From Octopus bimaculoides (lineage: Eukaryota), in assembly GCF_001194135.2 (NCBI RefSeq), contig NC_068981.1:9634929-9670607 (forward strand): DNA of 35,679 nucleotides. Reading direction: 5' to 3'. The first letter of the stretch is position 1; the number at the start of each line of letters is the position of its first letter. The notes under the pieces were generated by a model that saw nothing but the letters and a program-made list of their open reading frames with translations, searched no databases and was not told the origin of the DNA. The position numbers and the translations under genes were made by a program. Positions 10,891 through 22,129 of the stretch are shown in pieces.

Positions 10891-12176
10891 TTAGGTCGTC
10901 AAGTATGAAATTTGTAGAAAAGAAAAAAAAATTGCTAATATTTTATAAATACAAGGAATAGCTTTATTCATCAAAGTATGCAGCCATATTGTCAATACAC
11001 TTATGCCATTTCAGCGGTAGCTTGTCCAGCCCGGAACTGTAAAAACCTGGCAATCTAGAGTCAATACAATCTTGGAAGGCCTGTTTTACAGCATCGTCGG
11101 AATTAAATTTTTTGCCTATCAAAAAGTTATCCAAATTCTGGAAGAAGTGGTAGTCAGTGGGGGCGAGATCAGGTGAGTATGGTGGATGATGGACAACTTC
11201 CAACTCCAACTCCTGTAGTTTCGCCAATGTCATTTTTGCGATGTGTGGTCTGGCGTTGTCTTGCAATAAAATACGAGTGGATCTGTTGACTAATCTAAGC
11301 TATTTTCTTGTAAGTTTCTGCATTATTTGGTCCATTTAACTGCAGTATACTTCGGCCATGATTGATCAGCCAGGTTTAATGAAATCATAATGGATTACAC
11401 TTGCACCAGACCACCAAACACGCATCATGAGCTTCTTTTGATGAATTTTGCTATTTAGACTGTGTTTTGGTGGCTCGTCTTTGTCCAACAATTGTGCTGA
11501 GCGTTTACGGTTGTTGTATTGGATCCATTTCTCATCACACGTTATAGTTCGATTAAAAAATGATTTATTTTGGTGACGAGAAAGTAGCATAATGCAGGCT
11601 TCTAAACGTTGCTGTTTTTTAATTTCATTAAGTTCACGTGGAACCCACTTATCCAACTTTTTCACTTTACCGATTTGAACTAGGTGAGTCAATATTGTTT
11701 GCTTGACAACACCAAACAACAACGATAATTGACGGTCACTTTGAGATGGATCTGACTCGACGGTGGCTTTCAGTTCGTCATTATCCATCTTTGTTTCTGG
11801 TCGACCGCGTTGCTCATTTGTGAGGTCAAAGTTACCAGAACGAAATTTTGCAGACCAATTTGATACTGTCTGCTGTATAATAACATTAGAATGAAATACA
11901 GCATTAATATTTCAAGCTGTCTGTGATGCTGTATTTCCAAGAAAGAACTCATATTTCAAAACTGTACGAATTTCTGACTTATCCATCACTGAACAAAAAC
12001 AGTAAAAAATGATTTATAAATACCTTATAAAGTGAAAAATGAGTTAGAATAAAGAAATAGATGCGTCAGCTTTCTAGCAAAAGACAAAGATTGTCAAAAT
12101 ATAATAATGGCGCAAAATGAGCAGCTGTCAAAGTTTACCGTATACCTTACTACAAATTTCATACCTGACGACCTAA
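10891..12176 (-). mobile_element. Full-length mariner DNA transposon (DD34D, cecropia/Hsmar1-like), 1286 bp
   Basis: TIR TTAGGTCGTCAAGTATGAAATTTGTAG at 10891-10917 and its inverse at 12150-12176 (1 mismatch). TA on both flanks (10889-90, 12177-78). Internal transposase. Confidence 0.97.
10964..11986 (-). pseudogene. Mariner transposase pseudogene (340 codons, 4 in-frame stops, no frameshift)
   Basis: MDKSEIRTVLKYEF...GRP...WVPREL...TCDEKW...QDNARPH...YSPDLAPTDYHFF; 34 residues between the second and third catalytic D. Stops at 11912-14, 11366-68, 11336-38 and 11300-02. ORFs 11366..11788 and 10964..11266 share one frame. Confidence 0.96.
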
Positions 12177-12185
12177 TACAATCAG

Positions 12186-12300
12186 ACTGACATACACACA
12201 AATACGCGCGCGCATGCACACATACATACATACATAATACATACATACATACATACATACATACATAAATACATACATACATGCACACACGCACACGCGC
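12186..12300. repeat. (CATA)n/(CA)n microsatellite
   Basis: Seen directly. Confidence 0.95.
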
Positions 12301-14144
12301 ATATGTATCATAAGTAGAACATATAGTTCCTGGAGTGACAAAACGTTTGATTAAATGATTTACGGTATTTTTTACTGACACATCTTAGTACCTCCAACGC
12401 CAAATAACTTAAGGAGAGGAATTTGAATAGAGTGATAACACATCTCTATAGTTAACATCGATGGACAGCTGCTATCACTATTTAACTACTACGCCTGTTG
12501 TTGAAAAGGCTTGAAGTTACTCTGTGGCCAATAGCCAATCCAGTGTTAACAGAAATTAGTTGGCAAAGCGTAGTTCATCCATCTAACTTTTGCTGTGTCA
12601 TTATATCCACTGCTATCCTTGGTTACAGCCTCGGTTAGTCAGCAGAAGAAAACACTAAACCGCCACTTGCAGAGGTGTGATGTCGATGAAATTAACAGCG
12701 ATATATGATAAATAGTATGGTCAGTGAGAGACGCAGGTGTTTATTTTGAATAGGGATCAGCTGCCCAAACCTAGGTACTGTATCGTATGTGATGGTGTCT
12801 TGATCCCTTTGGTATAATCAATGAAAACTTATTGTATTTTTACTTAAATTAATTACGTAGTGATCTCCGATCTCAAGTTCTCAATTTGACGTTGAAATTC
12901 TTGTTTCGTTGAACAATAAAAGGGTTTATTTAATCAATCACAGCTCCTTGATGTGTGATAATCACAGAATAGACGATACCCGGTTAAATTAAGATAAGTA
13001 TTGGCGTAGGCTTTGATTGAGTGATTTCTAACAGACCCACACATAACAACGGAAATGTTGAAGGAAAGTATCTTTATTCACTCTTCATTCATTAATATTT
13101 GTATCCATTGCTTCTGTACAAACATATCACACACATAATACCTTAGATACACGCGCGCATACATACACACACATTATTTACTGAGTCTGGAGGAAAGAGA
13201 TACTATCGCTCCTGCAGGCCCTCCAAGATTGGTGAGATTGAAGCTGTTAATGTGACGTTTAAACTGTTGCTGATTAATACCTGCAGGAAAGACATAAGCC
13301 GATGTTCCAAAGAAGGGAGATTAGGCATAGTGATTAGTGTAAGGAAAGTGGGTGTTGGGTGCACCAAGAGTAACGAGAGGTGGAGAGACAAGTGGGTCGG
13401 AAGTGTCTAAATTGTGTCGGTACTAGTGCATTCAGATCCGAGGAGCAGGGGCCAGTATAGTAGCGATAACAAGGTATTATTTTTTAGTTTGTGTTAGCCA
13501 TTACGGACAAGTTTGTGTTAGTACACGGCCACCATAGTTGAATATTCTGTCTTTTGTGTCGTCTATTTGAACGTCCAAGCATCCAATGTTTTTTGTCGAA
13601 GTTTCAAGCCTAAACGTCATCTCTGCAAAATGAACGGATTTGCACTGGATATTCTGTTTATACTTGCAGTTTTTTTTGTAGAATGGCTTATCTGAAATGG
13701 AACACCAACAGCTAAAAAGAAATTAATGTACGTAGTTGGATTCGGAATAAATGTTATAACCTCCAACTAAATCTGTTGACCAAGTTCATTTCACTTAATT
13801 CACTAATGCCTTGGGAGATGCATAAAAACCAGGTCAACTGTTCCTCCACTCGGTGAAATCAAATCAAGATACGATTATCCCAAGATAAATGTATTGTACT
13901 AATGCAAGAGGTTAATATTCATCTGGGTTGTTTTAGTTGAAATAATATATCTATATATGAACAAATGCTTGAATATGTACAAATGGAAGCAATGTTTTCC
14001 TATAATTTTCGTATTTGTCAAGCAAGATTACAGGTTATGATTTATATATGAATACTAGAAAACATTTTTGTAAATGGATTTCGGTCACAATTTCTGACCA
14101 TGAGTTTTGATATGTTCGATCAACTGAACTATCAAGTTCATTGA

Positions 14145-14420
14145 ATTAGCTGAGTATTCCACAGATATGTATACGCTTAATGAAATTATGAGACAGAATC
14201 AGTATGACACAGTGACAAGAGACTGGAGCTTTCAGTTACAGGTACAATCCACCTGACGAGCTTCCATTTTATTCCTGTCTACCCAATTTCTCTCACATGA
14301 CATAAGTCAACGCCAAATTATTCAAAATTACACCTGGCCAATGTGCCATGTTAAGGAATTGAATTCTGCATTTCGTGATTTCGAAGGAACTGTTTTAACT
14401 AATTGGCTACACTGCTTCTA
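14145..14420 (-). mobile_element. Degenerate SINE with family-B-like head/body and family-D-like tail
   Basis: 14149-14235 is the inverse of 15410-15492 (CTGAGTA.TCCACAG...CTTAA.G...GAATCAG...GACAAG...CTGG). 14270-14420 loosely matches 32275-32430. Confidence 0.62.
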
Positions 14421-14511
14421 AAATGTCCTTATATTACCGAATTAAAGATTAATTTTTTAAGCATATACAATTTGACTCTGAAAATAATTCAATGATTCAT
14501 ATTTTTAGCCA

Positions 14512-14660
14512 ATACATACATTTATACATACATACATACATACATACATACACACACATACATACATACATACATACATACACACACACATACATACATA
14601 CATACATACATACATACGTACTTACGTACGTATGTATGTATGTATGTACGTATGTATGAA
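14512..14660. repeat. (CATA)n followed by inverted (TATG)n
   Basis: Seen directly; forms a palindrome centred on 14622-14625. Confidence 0.95.
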
Positions 14661-14704
14661 TGCATGATGCATATATTTATATATGTATACACACACTCAC
14701 AGAG

Positions 14705-14789
14705 ACACTAGTACCGAAAAGAGACTCCAAGACTCTAAAAGGCTGTGCTTCAGCATGGCCTCAACCTGAAACCAGTAAAAGAATAAAAG

Positions 14790-14790
<1 letters not shown>
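14705..14790 (+). mobile_element. 3' fragment of family B SINE
   Basis: AAAGGCTGTGCTTCAGCATGGCC...TGAAACCAGTAAAAGAATAAAAGAA matches the inverse of 31860-31920. Confidence 0.75.
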
Positions 14791-14842
<52 letters not shown>

Positions 14843-15187
14843 CATTTGATATTCACAGGATCTAGATTAAGTTACTATTAGTTTCTTACTATGAAAATAT
14901 GATTGTTGGACCACTTTGTATCGCATGACATCCTTCCAAGCAGTCATCCTGCCTCAAATATACACCATGGCACGCTATGCAAGCGTGTCTAAGAATCGTC
15001 TTTACAAGTATGAAACTAATGATGCGTCGAATTAAAATTTTGCGTATTTTAAAATATACGTCTCTCACTGAATGGAGTAATTTCATCGGTCATTCCATCA
15101 ATAACGGAATGGCACATATGTATATCTGTCTGTATGTATATCTGTCTGTATGTACATCTATCTATCTGTATATTTACATATATACGT

Positions 15188-15227
<40 letters not shown>

Positions 15228-15259
15228 TCACGCACACTCATATCTGTGGGCTTGTGTTT

Positions 15260-15500
15260 CTGTGTTACTTAATGGTTAGGGTATTCGGCTTACGATTGTA
15301 AGATTGTGGGTTCAAATCCCGGCGACGCGTTGTGTCCTTGAGCAAAACACTTTATTTCACGTTGCTCCAGTCGATTCAACTTGCAAAAAATACTTTCTAT
15401 CTTTATTTCAAAGGGCCAGCCTTGTCATATTCTATGTCTCGCTGATTCTCCATGAGAACTACGTTAAGGGTACATGTGCCTGTGGAGTACTCAGACGGAG
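15260..15500 (+). mobile_element. tRNA-headed SINE, family D (my label)
   Basis: A-box-like TAATGGTTAGG, B-box GGTTCAAATCCC, then TGTGTCCTTGAGCAAAACAC (post-tRNA motif common in SINEs). Tail shared with 14149-14235. Confidence 0.82.
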
Positions 15501-15514
15501 TGTGCATGTGTATA

Positions 15515-15770
15515 TATGCCGACTGTCCTTTCTTGTCAGGAGAGTATCAACCTTTCGTTTAACCATGCACATCCATGTGCACACAGATAGTTCTTCAGTT
15601 CAGCTTCCGTTCTGCAAGAATGTTCACAGACGTAGCACTTGAACTGTTTTTCCCCCTGACATCACCAGCTGAGTTGTGACCGCATATATCGTACCATGCG
15701 CGGTAAGACCACCAATAGATTTGGACTTGCAAATTAATCTACACACATTACAAATGTCAATAAGGCGATA
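15515..15770 (-). mobile_element. Remnant with two degenerate C2H2-like zinc fingers, probably an RTE LINE 3' end
   Basis: Minus strand DICNVCRLICKSKSIGGLTAHG...(frameshift)...GEKQFKCYVCEHSCRTEAELKNYLCAHG then stop; similar to the RTE terminal finger at 23835-23895. Confidence 0.58.
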
Positions 15771-16404
15771 CATACATCCTATTGAAAGCTTATCAGTAAT
15801 TATGGTTCTCCGTTTTGTTTTCTGAATTTCTCATCAATGGAGAAAATCCAGTTTGTAACCTAGAAACTAGATACTATCATTGAAATTTAGACAACATCAA
15901 ACAGGATAGAATTATTGTATGTACGTATGTATGTACGTACGTATGCATGTATATGTATGCATGAATACCTCCCAACTGTATCTATAGTTACATAATACAG
16001 GAATAGATAAAGTTTCACACACGCAGACATATGAATACAGACGTTCTTCCATGTTCGAACCTTATATAAAAGATAGAAGTAAAAATTTCTCTTCCTGAGT
16101 TTCTGGTCCAGTAAAATATTCCCAATGGATGTGCACAACATGAAGCATAGCAGCTGTTTTGTTCTACAATTTTCACATGTTATTATGGCAATCGTATCAT
16201 GACTTCTGGGAATCCACATAGAATTTTTTAGCAAAGCTTATTCCAGTAGTCGTTCGTTTTCTTTCCCAACACCAATGTATAGTGTTCAAAATGCAGCCAA
16301 AAATGGTTCCTGTGTGTTAGAACATGTCAAAAAGGCAGGTGATTACAAATGCATACTGCATATCTGAGTAAAATTTTTTTTACTTACTCTTTTTTCTGAC
16401 ATTA

Positions 16405-16422
16405 TCATTATCATTATCATCA

Positions 16423-16477
<55 letters not shown>
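16405..16477. repeat. (ATT/ATC)n microsatellite
   Basis: Seen directly. Confidence 0.97.
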
Positions 16478-16745
16478 CAGTATTTTGGTTTGGCTCAGGT
16501 TCGGTCTTATTCCTGGTAGGATTTATGCGGGTAACGGGTTCCTACCTGTAACCTTAAGTATCCCTAAGCTTTCAGCAGTCTTTCAAATGCTTAGAACCTT
16601 CTTGATAATCCTTGCTGTCCCTAAGCGATAAACCTTCTGTAGGAACACTACCGGGCATTTTATTTCAGTCTCTTTCAGCCATTTGTCTATATCTTTGCTT
16701 ACTGTTCTCAACGCACCAGCTATTATAGGCAGGACCTCTACTGTT
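16478..16745 (-). mobile_element. 3' end of an R4/Dong-like non-LTR element (restriction-like endonuclease C-terminus plus 3' UTR)
   Basis: Stop-free minus frame 16744-16583: TVEVLPIIAGALRTVSKDIDKWLKETEIKCPVVFLQKVYRLGTARIIKKVLSI*, matching the V.V.P.VIGALG...W...LQK..LLGTA.I..KVL end of RLE-type elements. Flanked by (TAA)-type repeats on both sides. Confidence 0.85.
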
Positions 16746-16776
16746 TATTATTATCATCATTATCATTATCATTAAT

Positions 16777-17329
16777 ATTGAGTGAGAGAGCAGTGCATGC
16801 CATCAAAGTGACACTGGGGTACAGATATACGAAGCCCAGCATACCCATTATGACTACCCGTCTGATAAGAGTACACCAACCACATTCACCACAACTGTTT
16901 TTGCGTGACGTAGTGATCTCATATCAAGATAAACAGCGTATGACCTTGCAGGTGGGGCCCATTTAGAATTTCCTTCCGGTTGAGTAGCCCATCCAGCTCA
17001 AAAGGTCCCTGAATAAGATTTGTTGCCAGGGGTGAATTATCCAAACTTCAAAGAATTCCTCTCAACACATGGTTATGATGCTCTCCCACTACTCCTGCTC
17101 GTGATCAGAGATGCAAATATTATCAGCCACCAAGAGACATGCTCAACTGGTTAAGGTCAAGCAACTGACAAGAATGTCTGTGGCATTGAGCAGAATATCT
17201 GCTGCATATTTTATAGCAAGACAATTTTATACCATCTTTTATACCAAAACAAAACATGTATATGGTAACGCTTCCAATGAGTTAAGATCAGAAACCATGA
17301 AACCACTGCCTAGTACTGCATCACGGCAA

Positions 17330-17330
<1 letters not shown>
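16777..17330 (-). mobile_element. ~550-bp non-coding retroposon (family C, my label) between (TAA)n tracts
   Basis: Complex sequence with sharp boundaries at TAA-type repeats on both sides, ending ...GGCATGCACTGCTCTCTCACTCAATA-(AAT). No tRNA head or ORF. I recall it as an abundant octopus repeat. Orientation inferred. Confidence 0.65.
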
Positions 17331-17382
<52 letters not shown>

Positions 17383-17411
17383 CATCATCATCATCATCAT
17401 CATCATCATTA
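17331..17411. repeat. (ATT)n-(ATC)n microsatellite
   Basis: Seen directly. Confidence 0.98.
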
Positions 17412-17414
17412 CTG

Positions 17415-17634
17415 AAGGCGTCGCGCTGGCAGAATCGTTAGCACGCCGGGCGAAATGCTTAGCGGTATTTCGTCTGTCCTCACGTTCTGAGTTCAAATGC
17501 CGCCGGGGTCGACTTTGCCTATCATCTTTTCAGGGTCGATATATTAAGTACCAGTTATGCACTGGGGTCGATGTACTCGATTTAATCCCTTCCCCCAAAT
17601 TTGAGGCCTTGTGCTTCCAATGGAAAGACTTATT
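17415..17634 (+). mobile_element. Family A SINE, full length
   Basis: Near-identical head and body to the inverse of 1480-1645; different 3' tail ending in TTATT. Confidence 0.92.
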
Positions 17635-17840
17635 AAGACGGTGAGCTGGCAGAATCGCTACCGCACTAGAGAAAATGTAGAGCAGCATTTCTTCCGAGTT
17701 CAATTCCGCTGAGGTTGGCTTTGCCTTTCATTTCTTTAGGGGTCGGCAAAATAAAGTATCAGTCTAGTACTGAGGTCGATGTAATCGACTAAATCCTTAC
17801 CGCCGAATTTGTTGGCTTTTAGCCAAAAGATTTGAAACCA
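17635..17840 (+). mobile_element. Family A SINE, diverged, directly head-to-tail with the previous copy
   Basis: AAGACGGTGAGCTGGCAGAATCG...GAGTTCAATTCCGC...GGTCGATGTAATCGACT. Confidence 0.87.
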
Positions 17841-18022
17841 CTTCCACTACCACCACCACCATCGTAACCATCATCGTCATCATCATCAGCATCACCATCA
17901 TCACCAACACCACTGTCCTCCTTCTCCTCCCCATGAGCTCCTCCTCCCTTGTCTCTTCTTTCCCCTTCCTCCTCCTCCTCTTCTTCTTCTTCCTCCTCCT
18001 CACCATCATCATCATCGTCATA
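17841..18022. repeat. Compound (CAC)/(CAT)/(CTC)/(CTT) trinucleotide tract
   Basis: Seen directly; source of the poly-S/E/D ORFs. Confidence 0.93.
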
Positions 18023-18025
18023 TAT

Positions 18026-18240
18026 GTGGCGAGCTGGCACAATCGTTAGAACGTCAGAAGAAATGCTCTGTGGTATTTCTTCTTTCGCTTTACGTTCTAC
18101 ATTGAAAAACCTGCCGTGGTCAACTCTGATATTCATGCTTCTGAGTTCGATAAATTTAAGTACCACTCAAATACTGGGATCAATGTTATCGACTTACGTC
18201 CTCCCCTCAAAATTATTGATCTTATATCAACATCAGAAAT
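18026..18240 (+). mobile_element. Family A SINE, diverged
   Basis: GGCGAGCTGGCACAATCGTTAG...CGATAAATTTAAGTACC...ATCGACTT, followed by (ATT)n. Confidence 0.83.
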
Positions 18241-18444
18241 TACTATTATTATTATTATTTAGTCACATGATTTTTTTTAATGTCTCAGTCAGAGGAAAGG
18301 AACTATCTTTAAATTTTCTTGTTTCGTAAGTGATTGGAAGAATTTAATCGTAGTCCCTTGGACCAAATGATGGAGATGTTAAACCAAGTGACGAATTAGA
18401 TCTTTCCACGGGGATAACTCTGTGCTAGTTGAGTTACCATAAAA

Positions 18445-18587
18445 GACGTTCCAGATATAGCCATCCCGTCTTTCAATATTTTGGGACTTGCATTATCCAT
18501 TTTATTCTTCCACTCTTTAAGACCATAGATTTGAGGAAATTTTAGCTGCTTTCTCTAGCACAAGCGACCGTGGAAAGGCTCTCTCAT
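18445..18587. mobile_element. Short interspersed repeat, family F (my label)
   Basis: CCATCCCGTCTTT...GACT...GATTTGAGGAAATTTTAGCTGCT...CTAGC...; homologous to 27885-28036 and the inverted copies at 28.6-28.9 kb. Confidence 0.6.
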
Positions 18588-19397
18588 AGATTCATATCAA
18601 TAAGACGCTGCATATTATTTATGGAAGACAAAGTAGCGGGCCACAGACTCGAACCTAACTTCCTTTGTATTTGTCTCATCTGTAACTATATAATATATAA
18701 TCACATCAACTTCTTTCACATCATACAGCCTACTTTCACAGCCCCTCTCTCAACACATACAGATACATATATTCTCACACAGATATTTTCAGACTATTCA
18801 CCTGTTCATACAGCTGTAACATATTCTCAACATAACCAGACCACATCTGAAGTATTGGCCTGTCACTTCTCTGCTTGTTTCGAACAATTACTAATTCTAG
18901 ACAAAGCTCAAATTATTCTTACATTGGAATAGTGTACCCACAGTTGGGAAAGAGCTGCCATACGCATACATACAAGACCGCATAAAAAGCCATCAAACTG
19001 AGACGGAAACTTTCTCGCTAACACACTGTAATCTTTCACCCACAGACGTTTACGTTTTTTACTGAACCTGCCTACTTGTAGCTATTCAAGAAAGGCATTA
19101 ACCACTTCGATTTTACAGAGATTTCGGAGAGCTTGCATATGTACAAGATCTCCTATCAAACCAAATCATAAAAAAATCCAATACGTACATTTTATTTGAT
19201 ATTTGGAAGTGTAATAAGTGGATATGGTATTTCCCTTCCTATTTGAATAAAAAAACAAAAAAATTGAAAACATTCAGCAGAAACTAGCGTTTATAATAAT
19301 TTACTTTATGGTGATGAAAAACATTTCTGGTTTAAATTCGTCAAAATTGAGATATATATATATGTCCTCGTCTGTTGTTGTTTTTTCGTACATTCTC

Positions 19398-19400
<3 letters not shown>

Positions 19401-19437
<37 letters not shown>

Positions 19438-19438
19438 G

Positions 19439-19497
<59 letters not shown>
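19401..19497. repeat. (AT)n microsatellite, interrupted
   Basis: Seen directly. Confidence 0.98.
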
Positions 19498-19498
<1 letters not shown>

Positions 19499-19794
19499 CT
19501 CGTAATTCCCTAAAAGGTAGCATCCGAAATATATGTTGAGATTGACTACGGAAAAAATAATTTTCAAAGCCTTGTAAATCTATTAGTGATGATGGATCGT
19601 CTATCGCTTTCGACAATGATACATTGAAAATACGCTTGTTCGATCAACAAATCTATCTATTCGATAAATTAACATTTAAGTGGCTGATTATGCTGCAGAT
19701 ATGTGTACCATTACCATAATTCTCAGGTAGAAGCAATGTGATATAATATCTGATCAGAATAAACCTTTCAATTGCAAGATAAATCCATCTGATA

Positions 19795-19960
19795 GGATTC
19801 TACACTGTTTTGTCTACCGATAATTTTTTTAAAGGCTTGGGTCGACTCAAAGCTTTGACAAAACAAAGACACTTGTCCATAATGCCAGGTAAGAGGCCGA
19901 ATTCCAGACACCGTGAGTGGAAAGCAAACTTCCTAACCACTTAGTCATACTGACACCCAT
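19795..19960 (-). mobile_element. Degenerate family B SINE head
   Basis: GTCTACC...AAGGCTTGGGTCGAC...AAGACACTTGTCC...AAGCAAACTTCCTAACCAC aligns by eye to 32290-32420. Confidence 0.65.
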
Positions 19961-20304
19961 GGATGAGTCTGTAAATGCTATGATTAATATTTTTTCCTAC
20001 TGCAAGTTGTGTTTTAAATTTAGTTTACTGTCAATAATATCTTTTAAAATAGCAACACTATTAAAAGAAGATTTTGATCTGGTTTTAATCCTATAAGACT
20101 AATCCTTAATAGGAGATTGGTTTTCTGAAAAATATTATTTTATTTGAGAATCCAACGAGAAAGCAGAGCACAATCGTATTTTTATCCTCTTGAATCAGAG
20201 GTGCTGTTACTGCTTAAAACTGTCATTAGTTGATACAATTTTTTTTAAAACAACGGTATTCAAATTCTAAATCATTAATGTACAGAATGAGAGATGTTCT
20301 TCAG

Positions 20305-20468
20305 CAATTCGCTATCACGGAATTTAAATCACTGTGCTGTCGACTTTGCATTACCCACCTTCTCAGTGTCGATAAAAGGAGTACCAGTCTAGTATTGGGT
20401 TCAGTTTAATCGACCGTACACCTCCCCCACCAAGTTTTTGATGTTATCCTAATGCTTAGAAATCAATA
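20305..20468 (+). mobile_element. Degenerate family A SINE (5'-eroded)
   Basis: GTCGACTTTGC...GTCGATAAAAGGAGTACCAGTCTAGTATTGGG...AATCGAC. Confidence 0.65.
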
Positions 20469-20905
20469 TTTTAGGGGAAATGATTCAAGGCTTGAACGAT
20501 TAGATCATAAAATTGGAAGGTGTAATGGATTGAGATAACAGCAACGGGACAAAAAGCAACTAAATTGGTTTGAATTTGGTTAGGGATGATAATTAGTTTA
20601 GCTGCTCTGGGACGACTGTTGTTTTCTAGCAAAAGATACAGAAATAGAAAAGAGAAAGCTCAACGACACTCAATACATGGTGGGTTATTTAGAGTGTGTG
20701 TCTTTCTTGAAAACATCGAAATATTTAACGCTTTTAAAGTAGTTTAGCATATTTCATGCATGTGGAGATAACCAATGTCCAAGGTCTAGTAGTAGTAGTA
20801 ATAGTAACATGGATGAAAACATGTAAAGAAATTTTTTCTGCCAACTGAAGTTGCATTTCTCAAATGAGATTAAATATCCATTAGTTTTCTTGAGAAGAGT
20901 TTGAT

Positions 20906-20950
<45 letters not shown>

Positions 20951-22129
20951 GTGTGTGTGGGGTGTGTGGGTGTGTGAGTGGGGGTGTTATGTTGAATCGG
21001 AAGTTCAAACAATTGTATCGGTTGTCGAATTTGTCTTTCAATTTCTTCGTAATAAGGACATGTTTTGTGAAGATGGTACTGTTTTATTATGTTTTTAAAT
21101 TGAAGTAACTCTGTCTTTCTCTCCCTCTTTCTCTCTCTCCCTCTTTCTCTCTCTCCCTCTCTCTCTCCCTTTCTCTTTCGTTTCTAAATTTAACACATGT
21201 ACAGCTGGAGATTCAACAGAAATGATATCCTTCCTTTATAAATGAATCACAAATAATTTTCAAAATCGTATTAAACGATGTTTCCACAGCAAGTGGTTAT
21301 TTGCCTCTAAAGAGAATGAATAAAAATACTGTGTAAAGCAGAAAGAATAAGAACTATACGTTTTGACAAGATACGCAATTTGTTAAACAAATAACATTTC
21401 AGTATTGAAATTGCATCGAATTTAATTACGAGAAAAAAAAGAAAAAAAAAACCTCGAGCATTATATGATTAAAGCTGTCGTTTTTAACCACCCCCCACTC
21501 TCTGCAAAAAGCATGTCACTTAAAATAAAAAAGTTTAATATATTTTTACACACGTATATATTAAGCTGACGACGATTATTAGGCACATTTATAAATTAAG
21601 AAAGGTTTTTCGTCACTTCTTTTTTTTCTTTTGCATAAAATATTTTGAGCATAAAAAAAAACCAAGCGCTTTCCTGAATGATATATACGGAATAGAAAAG
21701 CTAATATTTGAAATCCGAGGGAGCTGGGAAAGTTCTTAGCGGTGAATCGAGAGGATTTCTTTGAATATCTATAAATGCACATGTCAGGAGTAGTGCATGA
21801 AGCTGACTTAACCTACAATGGCCCCTCACTCTAGTGTGCTCCACGAATGACCGACACACATAAAAAAGGAGTGCACAGTTTACTCGGTTGTGGTGAGAAG
21901 TGAATGAAGAGATTAATCACAATAATTACGATGTATGGGTGATGTCGTAAATGAAGTGAGAGTGTGAAGGAGGAAAGCCGCGAGGTTTGATTGGTGTGAG
22001 AGATAGTAGGAAGATGATCAAGCAAGGTAGTATCAGGATATCATGCTACAATATCGGTCCATTTAACCTTCCTCTCTAAATAATACATTGTACATTTTAC
22101 GCTGCTCACAGCCTATTCTTACATCGACA

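Noticed and set aside
13200-13640. Possible Penelope C-terminus on the minus strand (LEHRL / PAGIN words)
   Set aside because: Too few conserved residues, in different frames, and no hammerhead core.
15260-15325. tRNA gene
   Set aside because: A/B boxes present but no convincing cloverleaf, and it continues into a SINE body.
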